A stretch of 64,000 bases of DNA from an uncultured Thermoleophilia bacterium. Its GTDB lineage: Bacteria; Actinomycetota; Thermoleophilia; UBA2241. A program made the position numbers and the translations under genes. The DNA is taken from positions 7,375 to 71,374 of the forward strand of contig CAVUBA010000031.1 of assembly GCA_963739595.1 (NCBI GenBank), given 5' to 3'. Under the pieces are notes generated by a model. That model was not told the DNA's origin, did no database searches, and was given only the letters and a program-made list of their open reading frames with translations. Positions 20,576 to 31,105 of this stretch are shown piece by piece (the first letter of the stretch is position 1; the number at the start of each line of letters is the position of its first letter).

Positions 20576-21709
20576 GTGTTCGCCGGCATCCCGGGCCAGG
20601 CACAGGCCAAAGCCTTCTTCGAACGCGCCGTCCGCGACGGCTCGCTGAGCCACGCGTACCTGCTCGCCGGGCCCGAGGGCCTCGCCAAGACCGAGTTCGC
20701 GCGCGACCTGGGCGCCGCGCTGGTGTCGTCCTGCGGCGCCTGCGGCGCCTGCCCGGAGTGCGAGCGCGCCCGCAACGGCCTGCACCCCGACCTCCACGTG
20801 CTCGAGCGCGAGGGTGACCTGATCCGCTTCGAGCAGATCAAGCCGGTCATCGACGAGCTCAGCCTCAAGCCGTTCGTGGCGGCCCGGCGGATCTGGATCA
20901 TCCCCGAGGTCGAGTACCTGCACCCCGCGGCCGCCAACAAGCTGCTCAAGAGCATCGAGGAGCCCCCGTCCTACGTCGTGTTCCTCCTCGTCACCGACAG
21001 GCTCGAGCGAGTCCTGCCGACCATCGTGTCTCGCTGCCAGGTGGTGGAGTTCCGGCCGGTGAGCGACTCCGAGGTCGGCGCCTACCTCGTGGACCGCTAC
21101 GGTCTCGACGCCGCGGCCGGCGACGCCCTGGCGCACCTGTCGTTCGGGTCGGTGGAGCGCGCCGTCCGTCTCGTCGAGGACGCGGCCGGCCCGCGCCTGC
21201 GCGAGCAGTACCTCAAGTACGCCGCGCAGGTCTTCTCCGCCGCGCGGCCGCCCGACGGCCCCGAGCCGGCCACCGCGTTCATCAACCTGCTCCTCGCGCA
21301 GCAGGCGCGGATCGTGGAGGAGGTCCAGGAGGAGCTCGCCCGGAAGACCGCGGAGCTGGAGCAGCAGTTCCAGGACAAGAAGGACCTCAAGTGGTACCTG
21401 GACAAGGCCGAGGGGCGCGCGAAGCGTGAAGAGGCGCGCCGCCGCCGGGTCGCCGCCCAGGATGCGCTCGACCTCCTGGTCTCGTGGGTGCGCGACCTCT
21501 GGGTGGTCGCTTCCGGGGCATCCGATGTACTCTGGAACAGCGACCACCGCGACGCGCTCGTCGAGGCGGTCGTGGCCACGCCGGAGCATTACGCCCGTCT
21601 CCTTGGCGTCGCCGCCAGGACTCGCAAAGACCTGTATCTCAATATCGACCAGAAGCTCGCGTTGCAGGCGATGTTCGCGCGCTTCGAGGAGGTCTCCACC
21701 AGTGCCTAG
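20576..21709 (+). CDS. holB: DNA polymerase III delta-prime subunit
   Basis: HAYLLAGPEGLAKT, a Zn-module CGACGACPEC, and SRCQVVEFRP (sensor motif). Confidence 0.85.
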   Translation: MFAGIPGQAQAKAFFERAVRDGSLSHAYLLAGPEGLAKTEFARDLGAALVSSCGACGACPECERARNGLHPDLHVLEREGDLIRFEQIKPVIDELSLKPFVAARRIWIIPEVEYLHPAAANKLLKSIEEPPSYVVFLLVTDRLERVLPTIVSRCQVVEFRPVSDSEVGAYLVDRYGLDAAAGDALAHLSFGSVERAVRLVEDAAGPRLREQYLKYAAQVFSAARPPDGPEPATAFINLLLAQQARIVEEVQEELARKTAELEQQFQDKKDLKWYLDKAEGRAKREEARRRRVAAQDALDLLVSWVRDLWVVASGASDVLWNSDHRDALVEAVVATPEHYARLLGVAARTRKDLYLNIDQKLALQAMFARFEEVSTSA

Positions 21710-22529
21710 GATCTGCAGCGTCGTGTTCCGCGGCGGCGGCAGGGTCTACCAGTTCAGCGCCGGCGAGCTGGAGCTTGCTCCCGGCGACGGCGTCGTGGTC
21801 GACACCACGCGCGGCGCGGACTTCGGACGGGTCGTCAAGGGCCCCGATGAGGTCGGCGCGGACGCGGCCCCTCGCGGCCTCCGCAGGGTGCTGCGCAAGG
21901 CGTCGGCCGCCGACCTGGAGGCGATCGCCTCCCACCGCGACACAGAGTCCGACGCCAAGACCCAGTGCCGCCGGCTCGCCGGCGACCTCAAGCTCGACCT
22001 CAAGGTCGTCGAGGCGCGCCAGACGTTCGACGGCCCCAAGCTCATCATCACCTTCTTCGCGGAGGAGCGCACCGACGTCCGCGAACTGCAGAACAGGCTC
22101 GGCGACCGGCTCGGCCGCCGCGTCGAGCTCAAGCAGGTGAGCGCCCGGGACGAGTCGCGCATCGTCGGCGGCTACGGCCCTTGCGGCCGCAGCCTCTGCT
22201 GCGCGACCTTCGCCGGCGACCAGGAGCCCGTCTCCATCCGCATGGCCAAGGACCAGAACCTGCCGCTCAACCCCACCAAGATCAGCGGGTGCTGCGGGCG
22301 CCTGATGTGCTGCCTCAAGTACGAGCATCAGGTGTACGTCTCGTTCCGCAAGCGGGCGCCCAAGCGCGGTGCGATAGTCAAGACCCCCGCCGGGGAAGGA
22401 AAGGTCACGGATCTGCTGGCCCCGGTCGACAGCGTCACCGTCGACCTCGGAGAGGGACGGTCGGAGACCTTCAAGCTCGACGAGCTCGGGTCGGCCGCCG
22501 CCGCATCGGGAAGGAACGACAATGGCTGA
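21702..22529 (+). CDS. PSP1 domain protein (YaaT/RicT-like)
   Basis: PSP1 C-terminal domain with a Cys-rich segment (GPCGRSLCCATF...GCCGRLMCCLKYE). GTG 21702 follows GAGGAGG. Confidence 0.8.
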   Translation: MPRICSVVFRGGGRVYQFSAGELELAPGDGVVVDTTRGADFGRVVKGPDEVGADAAPRGLRRVLRKASAADLEAIASHRDTESDAKTQCRRLAGDLKLDLKVVEARQTFDGPKLIITFFAEERTDVRELQNRLGDRLGRRVELKQVSARDESRIVGGYGPCGRSLCCATFAGDQEPVSIRMAKDQNLPLNPTKISGCCGRLMCCLKYEHQVYVSFRKRAPKRGAIVKTPAGEGKVTDLLAPVDSVTVDLGEGRSETFKLDELGSAAAASGRNDNG

Positions 22530-22755
22530 GACTCACGTCGTGCTCAACGTACCGACCGTGTCGTGCAACCACTGCAAGATGGCGATCGAGAACGCCGTCG
22601 GCGCCATCGACGGCGTCGGCGTGGTCGCGGTCGACGTCGCCGAGAAGACCGTCACCATCGACTTCGACACCGACGCCGTCAGCCTCGAATCCATCGAGGA
22701 GACGGTCGCCGACGAGGGCTACGAGGTCGCCGGCCGGCACGTGTTCGGCGCCTGA
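22522..22755 (+). CDS. Heavy-metal-associated (HMA) domain metallochaperone
   Basis: 77 aa with a CNHC (CxxC) motif in a betaalphabetabetaalphabeta-type HMA context (VSCNHCKMAIENAV). Confidence 0.75.
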   Translation: MAETHVVLNVPTVSCNHCKMAIENAVGAIDGVGVVAVDVAEKTVTIDFDTDAVSLESIEETVADEGYEVAGRHVFGA

Positions 22756-22810
22756 CGGCGCCGTTTGGCAAGACGCGGCGGGCTGGTAGCATATCGCCTC
22801 GCACGCTCGT

Positions 22811-22886
22811 GGGCCGTTAGCTTAGTTGGTAGAGCAGGGGACTCTTAATCCCAAGGTCGAAGGTTCGAATCCTTCACGGCCCACCA
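22811..22886 (+). tRNA. tRNA-Lys (anticodon CTT), CCA encoded
   Basis: GGGCCGT-TA-GCTTAGTTGGTAGAGC-A-GGGGA-CTCTTAA-TCCCA-AGGTC-GAAGGTTCGAATCCTTC-ACGGCCC-A-CCA. Confidence 0.92.
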
Positions 22887-23140
22887 GATCCCACCCTTCC
22901 TCCCGGACCCCCAGCCGAGCCCGCATGTCCTGGTCGGGCAACGGCGGCGCAGGACCCTGTTTGCCGGCGGGAAGAACACCTGCAAGGATGTACGCCCGCC
23001 CGCGCTGAGCTGGCTCGGGCGGGCTCAAACGATGGACGTCACGCGGACGCTGCCAGTTGCCCGCCGGTTCAACGCTCTGCTATCGTTCGTTGGATACGGG
23101 CGCCAGCCCGTGACGTCCACCTGACGGGAGGTCGAAGAGG

Positions 23141-23932
23141 GTGAACGCTCGCCTCAGGCCGAGGGTCGGCCGGCTCCTCAGCGACGCCCGCTTGTCCTTC
23201 GCCCCGACTGGGCGGGTGGACGTCTTCCGCCAGGCCATGATCATGCTCGCGTGCTACCTCGCCTACGACTTCTCCCGTGCGCTCGCGCAGGGCCGCGAGG
23301 CCGTAGCGCTCGCCAACGGCGTGTTCTTCATGAACCTCGAGAAGGCCCTCCACATCTGGTGGGAGCCGTGGATCCAGGCCCGCGTGAGCGCCGTCGACCC
23401 GCTCATGACGCTGCTCGTCTGGACCTACCAGTACGCGCATCTGCCGATCATCATCGGCGCCATGGTCTGGGTGTTCACGCAGCGGCGCGAGTGGTGGACG
23501 CTGTACCGCAACTGGTTCCTCGCCATGAACTTCATCGCCGTGCTTGTCTTCGCGCTGCTGCCGACGGCACCGCCGCGCATGATCTTCACTTCCGGCATCG
23601 CCGACATCAACTTCCTGCACGGCGTCCGCCAGCACATCTTCGAGAACGGCGTGCTCGCCAACCCGTTCGCGGCCATGCCCAGCCTGCACTTCGGCTACGC
23701 GCTGTTCATCGGCCTCATGCTCTTCACGCTGACGCACGGCCGCTGGACGCGCTACCTCGGCTTCGTCTACGCGTTCGTGGTGCTCGTGGCGATCGTCGCC
23801 ACCGGCAACCACTTCATCATCGACGCGGTGGCAGGAGCGCTCGTCGTCCTGGCCGCCTGGGTGTTCGCCGTGAACGTGCAGCCGAGCGCGGTGCCGCAGT
23901 CGGCCGTGACGGTGCGCGAGCGCGACGGCTGA
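23141..23932 (+). CDS. PAP2-superfamily membrane phosphatase/phosphotransferase
   Basis: Polytopic protein with PAP2-like motifs (LLPTAPPR, SLHFGYAL, ATGNHFIIDAVAGA). Confidence 0.7.
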   Translation: MNARLRPRVGRLLSDARLSFAPTGRVDVFRQAMIMLACYLAYDFSRALAQGREAVALANGVFFMNLEKALHIWWEPWIQARVSAVDPLMTLLVWTYQYAHLPIIIGAMVWVFTQRREWWTLYRNWFLAMNFIAVLVFALLPTAPPRMIFTSGIADINFLHGVRQHIFENGVLANPFAAMPSLHFGYALFIGLMLFTLTHGRWTRYLGFVYAFVVLVAIVATGNHFIIDAVAGALVVLAAWVFAVNVQPSAVPQSAVTVRERDG

Positions 23933-23933
23933 C

Positions 23934-24717
23934 GTGACGAACATCAAGACGCGCTACACCGCCGGTGCTCGCCGGGGGTTCTTCCACCTCGGGGCGTTCC
24001 TCGCGCGCCACGGGTTCACCGCCGACCTCATGACCATCATCGGCCTGCTGCTGCAGGTGGCCGGTCGTGCCGCTCATCATCACCGGCCACTTCATCTGGG
24101 CGCTCGTGATCGGCATCATCGCGTCGCTCTGCGACGGGATGGACGGGGCTGTGGCGCGCGCCGGCGCCGGACCCACCAAGGCCGGCGCGTTCCTCGACTC
24201 CACCCTGGACCGCGTCTCGGAGCTCATGGTTGCGGCCGCCCTCGTCGTCTACTTCGTGCGCGAAGGCCCCGAGTGGGGCCCCGTCGTGGCCGTGCTCGTG
24301 TTCATGGGGGCCGCGCAGATGGTCTCGTACATCCGCGCCCGTGCCGAGGCGCTCGGCGTGGACTGCAAGGTCGGCTTCATGTCCCGGCCGGAGCGCCTGG
24401 TCGGCCTCGGCATCGGCTTCCTCTTCTCGTGGTGGCAGCCCGGCGGCACGAGCTTCCTCGTGTGGTGGCTGTACTTCATGACCGTACTCACCGTCATCAC
24501 CGTGGTGCACCGCGAGCTGCACGTGCTGCGCAAGCTGCGCCTCGCGGAGGAGCCGCCGCCGGGGCGCTCGAAGAGCCTCCGCCGGCGCCCGCCGGCGACC
24601 TCGGCGATCTGGGCGACGAGCTGTGGCCCGAGCCCTCCGGGCGCGGCGGCCGCAGGTACTGAGCGCCCGTGGGCGCGCGGGCGTCGCGGGGGGCCGGAGC
24701 CGCCCGCCGCCGCGTGA
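23934..24717 (+). pseudogene. CDP-alcohol phosphatidyltransferase (phosphatidylinositol-phosphate synthase-like); frame disrupted near 24065
   Basis: The N-terminal TM segment is in frame 0. The signature DGMDGAVAR...G..LDS..DR lies in the +1 frame (ORF 24067-24717). Removing one base of ggtc at 24063-24066 joins them. Confidence 0.8.
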
Positions 24718-24829
24718 TATACTCTCGCGCGTTATCTTGAGCCGGTCGGGCCTCCTTCGTGCGCCCGGACGCCGCTCCGATCGACGCGGCCGCCCGGGGG
24801 CGGCCGCAGCCAGTGGAGGTTAACCGATC

Positions 24830-25933
24830 TTGGGCAATCCAGTACGCGTTGCGATCATCGGCGTCGGCAACTGCGCTTCGTCGTTCGTGCAGGGCGTGGA
24901 GTTCTACAAGAACGCCAAGAAGAGCGACTTCGTTCCCGGTCTCATGCACCCGGTGCTGGGTGGCTATCACATCCGCGACATCGAGTTCGTGGCCGCCATC
25001 GATGTGGACAAGAACAAGGTGGGCAAGGACCTCAGCGAGGCCATCTTCACCAAGCCCAACAACACGGTGAAGTTCGCCGACGTCCCCAACAAGGGCGTCA
25101 CGGTCGCGCGGGGCATGACCCACGACGGCCTGGGCAAGTACCTCTCGCAGATCATCGAGAAGGCGCCCGGCCCGACCGCCGACATCGTCGGCATCCTCAA
25201 GGAGACGCAGACCGACGTCGTGGTCAGCTACCTGCCCGTGGGCAGCGAAGAGGCCACCAAGTGGTACGCCGAGCAGATCCTCACCGCCGGCTGCGCCATG
25301 GTGAACTGCATCCCCGTGTTCATCGCGCGCGAGCCGTACTGGCAGAAGCGCTTCGTCGAGGCCGGCGTGCCGATCATCGGCGACGACATCAAGAGCCAGG
25401 TCGGCGCCACCATCGTGCACCGCGTGCTCACGCGCCTCATGCGCGAGCGCGGCGTCAAGCTCGAGCGCACCAGCCAGCTCAACGTGGGCGGCAACACCGA
25501 CTTCCTCAACATGCTCGAGCGCGAGCGCCTGGAGTCCAAGAAGATCAGCAAGACCAACGCCGTCACCAGCCAGCTCGACTACGACATGGGCGCCGACAAC
25601 GTGCACATCGGCCCCAGCGACTACGTGAAGTGGCTCGACGACCGCAAGTGGGCGTACATCCGCATGGAGGGTCGCACCTTCGGCGACGTGCCGCTCAACA
25701 TCGAGCTCAAGCTCGAGGTCGTCGACTCGCCGAACAGCGCCGGCATCGTCATCGACGCGGTGCGCTGCGCCAAGATCGGCCTCGACCGCGGCCTCGCCGG
25801 CTCGCTCGAGGGCCCCAGCAGCTACTTCATGAAGTCGCCGCCGGTGCAGCATCCGGACGACGAGTGCCGCCGCATGACCGAGGAGTTCATCAGCGGCGAC
25901 GGCCCGGGCGCCAGCGCCGTCTGCCAGGGCTGA
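24830..25933 (+). CDS. ino1: myo-Inositol-1-phosphate synthase
   Basis: [24 protein letters not shown]-terminus, then the family-typical motifs GDDIKSQ and [11 protein letters not shown] start behind GGAGG. Confidence 0.9.
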   Translation: MGNPVRVAIIGVGNCASSFVQGVEFYKNAKKSDFVPGLMHPVLGGYHIRDIEFVAAIDVDKNKVGKDLSEAIFTKPNNTVKFADVPNKGVTVARGMTHDGLGKYLSQIIEKAPGPTADIVGILKETQTDVVVSYLPVGSEEATKWYAEQILTAGCAMVNCIPVFIAREPYWQKRFVEAGVPIIGDDIKSQVGATIVHRVLTRLMRERGVKLERTSQLNVGGNTDFLNMLERERLESKKISKTNAVTSQLDYDMGADNVHIGPSDYVKWLDDRKWAYIRMEGRTFGDVPLNIELKLEVVDSPNSAGIVIDAVRCAKIGLDRGLAGSLEGPSSYFMKSPPVQHPDDECRRMTEEFISGDGPGASAVCQG

Positions 25934-25956
25934 CACTCGACTGAGCGATCCCCGAA

Positions 25957-25989
25957 GGGGCGGCGAGGGCGCGAGGCCCTCGCCGCCCC
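25957..25989 (+). terminator. GC-rich stem-loop downstream of ino1
   Basis: Perfect 14-bp inverted repeat GGGGCGGCGAGGGC / GCCCTCGCCGCCCC with a 5-nt loop; no clear U-tract. Confidence 0.5.
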
Positions 25990-26022
25990 TGCGCGCGTAC
26001 GGCGTGGCCCGTGTGGGGTAGC

Positions 26023-27928
26023 ATGGAGCGCATGGCGCTCAAGCTCGGCATCCTCACGCCGTTCCTCTGGTCCACGCAGTCGGCCGTCAACGACCAGGTG
26101 CGCGCGCTCGCTGACCGCCTGACGGCCGCGGGGCATCGCGTGACCGTCATCGCCCCGACCGCCGACCGCCTCGCGGTCGACGAGGCACAGCGCCGGGTGC
26201 AGGCGGTCCTCACCGGGGAGCGGGAGACGGTGTTCCTGCCCGACGAGCCGTACCCGCGCTTCTTCTTCGCCGGCGCGACATACGCGGTCAAGGAGAGCGG
26301 CTCCCTGAAGCTCATCGCCGCGCCGGCGGACCTCATCGCCAACATCGACGTCCTGCTCGGCGCCGAGGACTTCGACCTCCTGCACCTCAACGAGCCGTTC
26401 GTGCCCGGCCTCGGCTGGTCGGCGCTGCGCTACGCCGGCTGCCCGCTGGTCGCGACGTTCCACGCCAATCCCGAGAAGATGCGGCCGTTCTGGTCCACGC
26501 GGCCGCAGCTCCGGCGCCTGTTCGACTCGCTCGACGCGGCGATCGCCTCGTCGGCTGCCGTGCGCGACGTCGCCGCGGTCTCGTTCCCGGGCGCGTACCG
26601 GGTCATCCCGCCGGGCGTGGACCACGACGTCTTCCACCCGGCGGACGCGCGCGCCGAAGGTCCTCTGCGCGTGGTCTTCAGCGCCGGCGTGGAGCGGCGC
26701 AAGGGGTCTGGGCGTGCTGCTCCGCGCCCTGCGGCTGCTCGGGGACCGCCATGCCGACGTCGTCGTCGACGTCTGCGGCGGCGATCTGCAGGAGCGGCGC
26801 TACGCGCGCCTCGTGCCGCCGGCGTGGCAGGGCCGCGTCCGCTTCCACGGGCGGCTGCCGCAGCACGAGGTGGCCGCCCTGCTGCGCGCCGCCGACGTGT
26901 ACTGCGCCCCGTCGCTCGGCCCCGAGACGGCCGGCGTCGCGCTGCTCGAGGCCATGGCCTCCGGCGCCGTCGTCGTCGCCTCGCAGATCCCCGGCTACGA
27001 CGAGGTCGTGCAGAACGAGGGCACCGGGCTGCTCGTCCCGCCGCGCGACGTGCCGGCGCTCGCGGCGGCGCTCTCACGCCTCCTCGACGACGGCGAGCTG
27101 CGGCACCGGCTCGCCACGCACGCCCTGCGCGTCTCCCGCCGCTACGACTGGGAGCGCGTGACCGGCGAGATCGTGGACGTGTACGACGAAGTGGCGCGCC
27201 GGCGGCGGCACCCGCTGCCGCGCCGCCGCCGCCAGCAGCGCGAGCTCTTCGCCGACTTCCACATCCACACGCACCACAGCAAGGACTGCGTGATGCCGGT
27301 GGCCGACATCCTCGAGCGTGCCCGTGAGGTCGGCCTGGACGTCGTCGCCATCACCGACCACGACAGCGCCGCCGGTGGTCTGGAGGCGCGCGAGCTCGCC
27401 GATCGCTACGGCGTGCGCGTCATCGTCGGCGAGGAGGTCAAGAGCAGCGAGGGCGAGATCATCGGTCTGTTCCTGGAGCGCACGATCCCCGGCGGGATGT
27501 CCTTCGCGGAGACGATCGCCGCGATCAGGGAGCAGGGCGGGGTCACGTACGTGCCGCACCCGTTCGACAGACTGCACACCATCCCCGGCCCGGCGGTGCT
27601 GCGGGAGAACGTCGCCGACATCGACGTCGTGGAGGTCTTCAACTCGCGCCTTGCCTTCCCCGGCTTCAACGAGCTGGCGGAGCGCTTCGCGCAGCGGTAC
27701 CGGCTGCCCGCCGCCGGCGGCAGCGACTCCCACGTCCTGCCGGGCATCGGGACCGCCCTGTGCGGCATGGACGACTTCACCGGGCCGGACGACTTCGTCG
27801 CGGCCCTCGCCGAGAGCCGCATCGTCCGCCGCCCGCGCAGCTTGATCTACCTGCAGTCGCTCAAGCTGCTGCAGACGACCATGGGCGGGGCGGCCAAGGA
27901 CGACGGGCAGGTGGATTCTCCTGCATAG
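26023..27928 (+). pseudogene. GT4-family glycosyltransferase (PimA-like) fused to a C-terminal PHP phosphoesterase domain; frame disrupted near 26707
   Basis: The GT-B N-half lies in frame 1. The C-half (GLGVLLRAL... EAMASG...VVAS) and the PHP domain (FADFHIHTHHSKDC...AITDHDS...GGSDSH) lie in the +1 frame. Removing the t at 26707 restores ERRKGLGVLL. Confidence 0.75.
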
Positions 27929-28029
27929 CGCGCGGATAATCTGGGCTGTCCCGCAATTGTCGGGGAGGCGCGAGGAGTTCAGCGCGGTGACGCGAACACT
28001 CTAGCCAGCACCCCTGAGAGAGGTACCGC

Positions 28030-28632
28030 GTGGCACAACCCAACGAGATCTATGACAAGTACCTGACCCGGGCCATCAGCGAGATCAACGAGCTGACCGG
28101 CGAGATCCTCAGGTGCTCCAGGTGCAGCCACGCGCGCACGATGCCGGTGATCGGCTCGGGCCACCCGATGGCCGACATCTTCCTGCTCAAGTACCAGGCG
28201 CGGCCGTCCGAGCTCCACGAAGGCGTCGCGTTCTTCGGCCGCGCCGGCACGGCCCTCATGAAGAGCTGCCAGCGGCTCAAGATCGACCCGCTGCAGCTCT
28301 ACGGCACCAACGTCATCAAGTGCGGCGAGGTCCGCGAGGCGCATCCCGAGGCCAAGTGCCTCGACCACCTGCGTCGCGAGCTGGCCATCGTGAATCCCAA
28401 GCTCATCGTCGCCATGGGCGAGGAGACGGTCGCCGCGCTCAACACCGCCAAGGTCCCGCTGGCCCGCGAGCTGGCGTACACGCCGGGCGAGATGGTGGAC
28501 TTCACGCCGGGCACCGAGGTGCTCGTCACGCCGGACATCGACGTCTCCCTCGACGAGCAGCGGCTCAAGGCCGGCTTCTGGCGCGCGTTCCGCCGGCTCG
28601 GGGAGTGGTACGACAACATCCCGCCGTACTGA
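28030..28632 (+). CDS. Uracil-DNA glycosylase superfamily protein (family 4/5-like)
   Basis: CSRCS motif, GSGHPMADIFLL, and FFGRAG...VIKC pattern. Confidence 0.7.
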   Translation: MAQPNEIYDKYLTRAISEINELTGEILRCSRCSHARTMPVIGSGHPMADIFLLKYQARPSELHEGVAFFGRAGTALMKSCQRLKIDPLQLYGTNVIKCGEVREAHPEAKCLDHLRRELAIVNPKLIVAMGEETVAALNTAKVPLARELAYTPGEMVDFTPGTEVLVTPDIDVSLDEQRLKAGFWRAFRRLGEWYDNIPPY

Positions 28633-28784
28633 CCGACGGAGGCGCCGCAGGTGCCGCAAGTGCTGTTGAGCGGCGAGCGGCCGCAGGGCTACGCGCGAGA
28701 CGGACTGAGGCGCGTGCGCCGGACGGCGACCTCAGGCGCGCCCGACCGGACGGCCCGCCATCCGGACGGACCCCGGACCGCTCC

Positions 28785-29501
28785 GTGAGACGCTTCCTGC
28801 TGCCTGCCGTCGCCGTCGCCGTCCTGCTCGGCTGGGGCTGGGGCAGCCGCCTCCTGCCTGCCATCCCGGTGCGCGCGGACATCATGGTGTCGGCGGCCAT
28901 CGTGCTCACCGCCGTGGCCGCGCTCGTCTGGGCGATGCTGCCGCTGAGCGCGCTGGGGCGGCGGCTCCCGCTGGTCTCCCTCGCCGCCCTTCCGTGTGCC
29001 GTGCTGCTCGTCTGGGTCGGCTGGGTGCCGGCGGCGAACGTCGCCAAGGTCGTCTTCGCCGCCGCGCTGGGCATCTGGATCGCCGACGAGCTGGAGCGGC
29101 TCAGCTGGATCGTCATCGTGGCGGCGGTCTCGGCGGCCGTGGACATCGTCAGCGTGGCTGCCGGGCCCACCAAGGCCATCCTCGGCAAAGGTCCCGTGGT
29201 GGTCGGGTACTTCACGGTCGCGGTGACGTGGGCCGGCTACAGCTACGCCGAGGCATACACGGGGCTCGGCGTCAGCGACGTCCTGTTCTTCTCGCTCTAC
29301 CTCGGCGCGGCGCGGCGGTTCCGCCTGCGCATCGGGTGGAGCGCGGTGGCGATGGTGGCGTCGTTCCTGGCGACCATCGCCGCGGCGATGTGGTGGACGG
29401 CGCTGCCGGCGCTCCCGCTGCTGTCGGTCGCGTTCCTCGCCGTGAACGCCGACCTGCTGGTGCGCGGCGTGCGCCGCGGACAGGGCGCGCCGCCGGCGTG
29501 A
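28785..29501 (+). CDS. Polytopic membrane protein, possible presenilin/SPP-like intramembrane protease
   Basis: Multiple TM helices. Ordered motifs AVD (TM), GLGVSD (TM) and PAL (TM) have spacing reminiscent of YD / GxGD / PAL. The GTG 28785 start is tentative. Confidence 0.5.
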   Translation: MRRFLLPAVAVAVLLGWGWGSRLLPAIPVRADIMVSAAIVLTAVAALVWAMLPLSALGRRLPLVSLAALPCAVLLVWVGWVPAANVAKVVFAAALGIWIADELERLSWIVIVAAVSAAVDIVSVAAGPTKAILGKGPVVVGYFTVAVTWAGYSYAEAYTGLGVSDVLFFSLYLGAARRFRLRIGWSAVAMVASFLATIAAAMWWTALPALPLLSVAFLAVNADLLVRGVRRGQGAPPA

Positions 29502-29502
29502 G

Positions 29503-30893
29503 TCAGCCGGCGCGCCGGAACAGCGCGACCGTCTCGATGTGGTGCGTGTGCGGGAACATGTCGACCGGCGCCACGACGTCGAGGCGGTACCCGAGCTCCG
29601 CGAGCTCCGCGGCGTTGCCGGCGAGCGTCGTCGGGTTGCACGAGACGTAGACGAAGCGGTCGCCGCCGAGGGCGGCCGCGCGCTGCAGCGCCTTGCGCGC
29701 CAGACCCGCGCGTGGCGGGTCGACGACGACCACGGCGGGCCGGTCCGCGTCGTCCGCACGCGCGGCGTCGAGCACGGGGTGCGGCGGGAAGCGCAGCAGC
29801 GGGCGCACGTCGGCCGCGTAGAACGAGGCGTTCTCCACGCCGTTGAGCTCGGCGTTGACCCGCGGCGGCGTCGATCGCCTCCTCCTGGATCTCGATCGCG
29901 TGGACCTCACGTGAGCCGCGTGCGAGCGGAAGGCTCAGCGAGCCGATGCCGCAGTAGAGGTCGACGGACGGCCGCGCCGGCTCCGGCGCGGCGAAGCGCA
30001 GCGCCGTGGCGTAGAGGACCTCGCACATGGCGCTGTTGGTCTGCAGGAAGGCCGTGGCGGGCACGCGCAGGTCGATGCCGGCGAAGCGCTCGCGCAGGTA
30101 CGGCGGGCCGGCCAGCATGTGCGGGCCGTCGCCGACGGCGGCGTCGGCGCGCGACTCGTTCACCGTGAGCGCGAACGACGTGCAGCCGCTCTCGGCGGTG
30201 ACGCGCGCCGCGAGCTCCGCCTCTTCGGGGAAGCGGGCGGCGACGAACAGGTTGAGCAGCAGGTCGCCGCTGGCGAGCCCCTCGCGCACGACCAGGTGAC
30301 GCAGCAGGCCCCCGTCGCCTTCGCGCGAGTACGGCTCGAGGCCGAGGTCCCGGCACGCCTTCGCGACGGCCAGCCTGGCGCGGTTCATGCGCTCGGACGC
30401 GAGCTCGCAGTCGACGATGTCGACGATCTCCTTGCCAGGAGCCGCGCTTGTGCAGGCCCAGCACCAGCCGGCCGCTCTCATCGGCGCCGAACGAGAACTC
30501 CATCTTGTTGCGGTAGCGCCACGGATCGTCCATGCCGCGGATCGGCTCCAGCTGGTAGTCCTCAAGATGAGCGAGCCGCTGCAGTGAGTCGACCACCTGC
30601 TGCTGCTTGAACTCGAGTTGCGCTTCGTAGGCGAGGGTCTGCCACTCGCAGCCGCCGCACTCCTGCGAGTGGCGGCAGCGCGGGGCGACGCGGCGCGGGG
30701 AGGGGGAGAGGGTCTCGAGCGCCCGCGCCTCCGCGTAGGAGCGCTTGCGTTTGGTGATCCGCGCGCGGACGCGGTCGCCGGGCACGGCGCCGCGCACGAA
30801 GATGACGAACTCATCCAGCCGCGCCACGCCCTGCCCGCCGTAGGCGAGCGTGGTGATGTCGAGGTCGACGGTGTCTCCGGGGCGCGGTGGCAT
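29503..30893 (-). pseudogene. TRAM-domain RNA (uracil-5-)-methyltransferase (RlmD/TrmA family); frame disrupted near 30434 and 29863
   Basis: TRAM domain (GQGVARLDEFVIFVRGAVPGDRV), Fe-S Cys cluster (CRHSQECGGCEWQ), SAM motifs (DLYCGIGSLSL, VVVDPPRAGL) and C-terminal HIETVALF are spread over three frames. Confidence 0.8.
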
Positions 30894-31105
30894 GGTCAGC
30901 CAGTGTACCCGGTCGCCGGGGGCCTCGCGAGCCGCGCGGGGAGCGTCCGCGCGGCCGTCGCCGCGACGGGCGACGCCACCGTCCACCGTCGCGGCGATCG
31001 TCCACCCGGTCGAGGGCCGCGGGGGGTGTTGGGCCCGGCGGCCGCTGGTAGAGTCGGCCGTGGACCGTCCGGCCTGGCGCCGGGCCCTCGAAAAGGAGTC
31101 ACACC

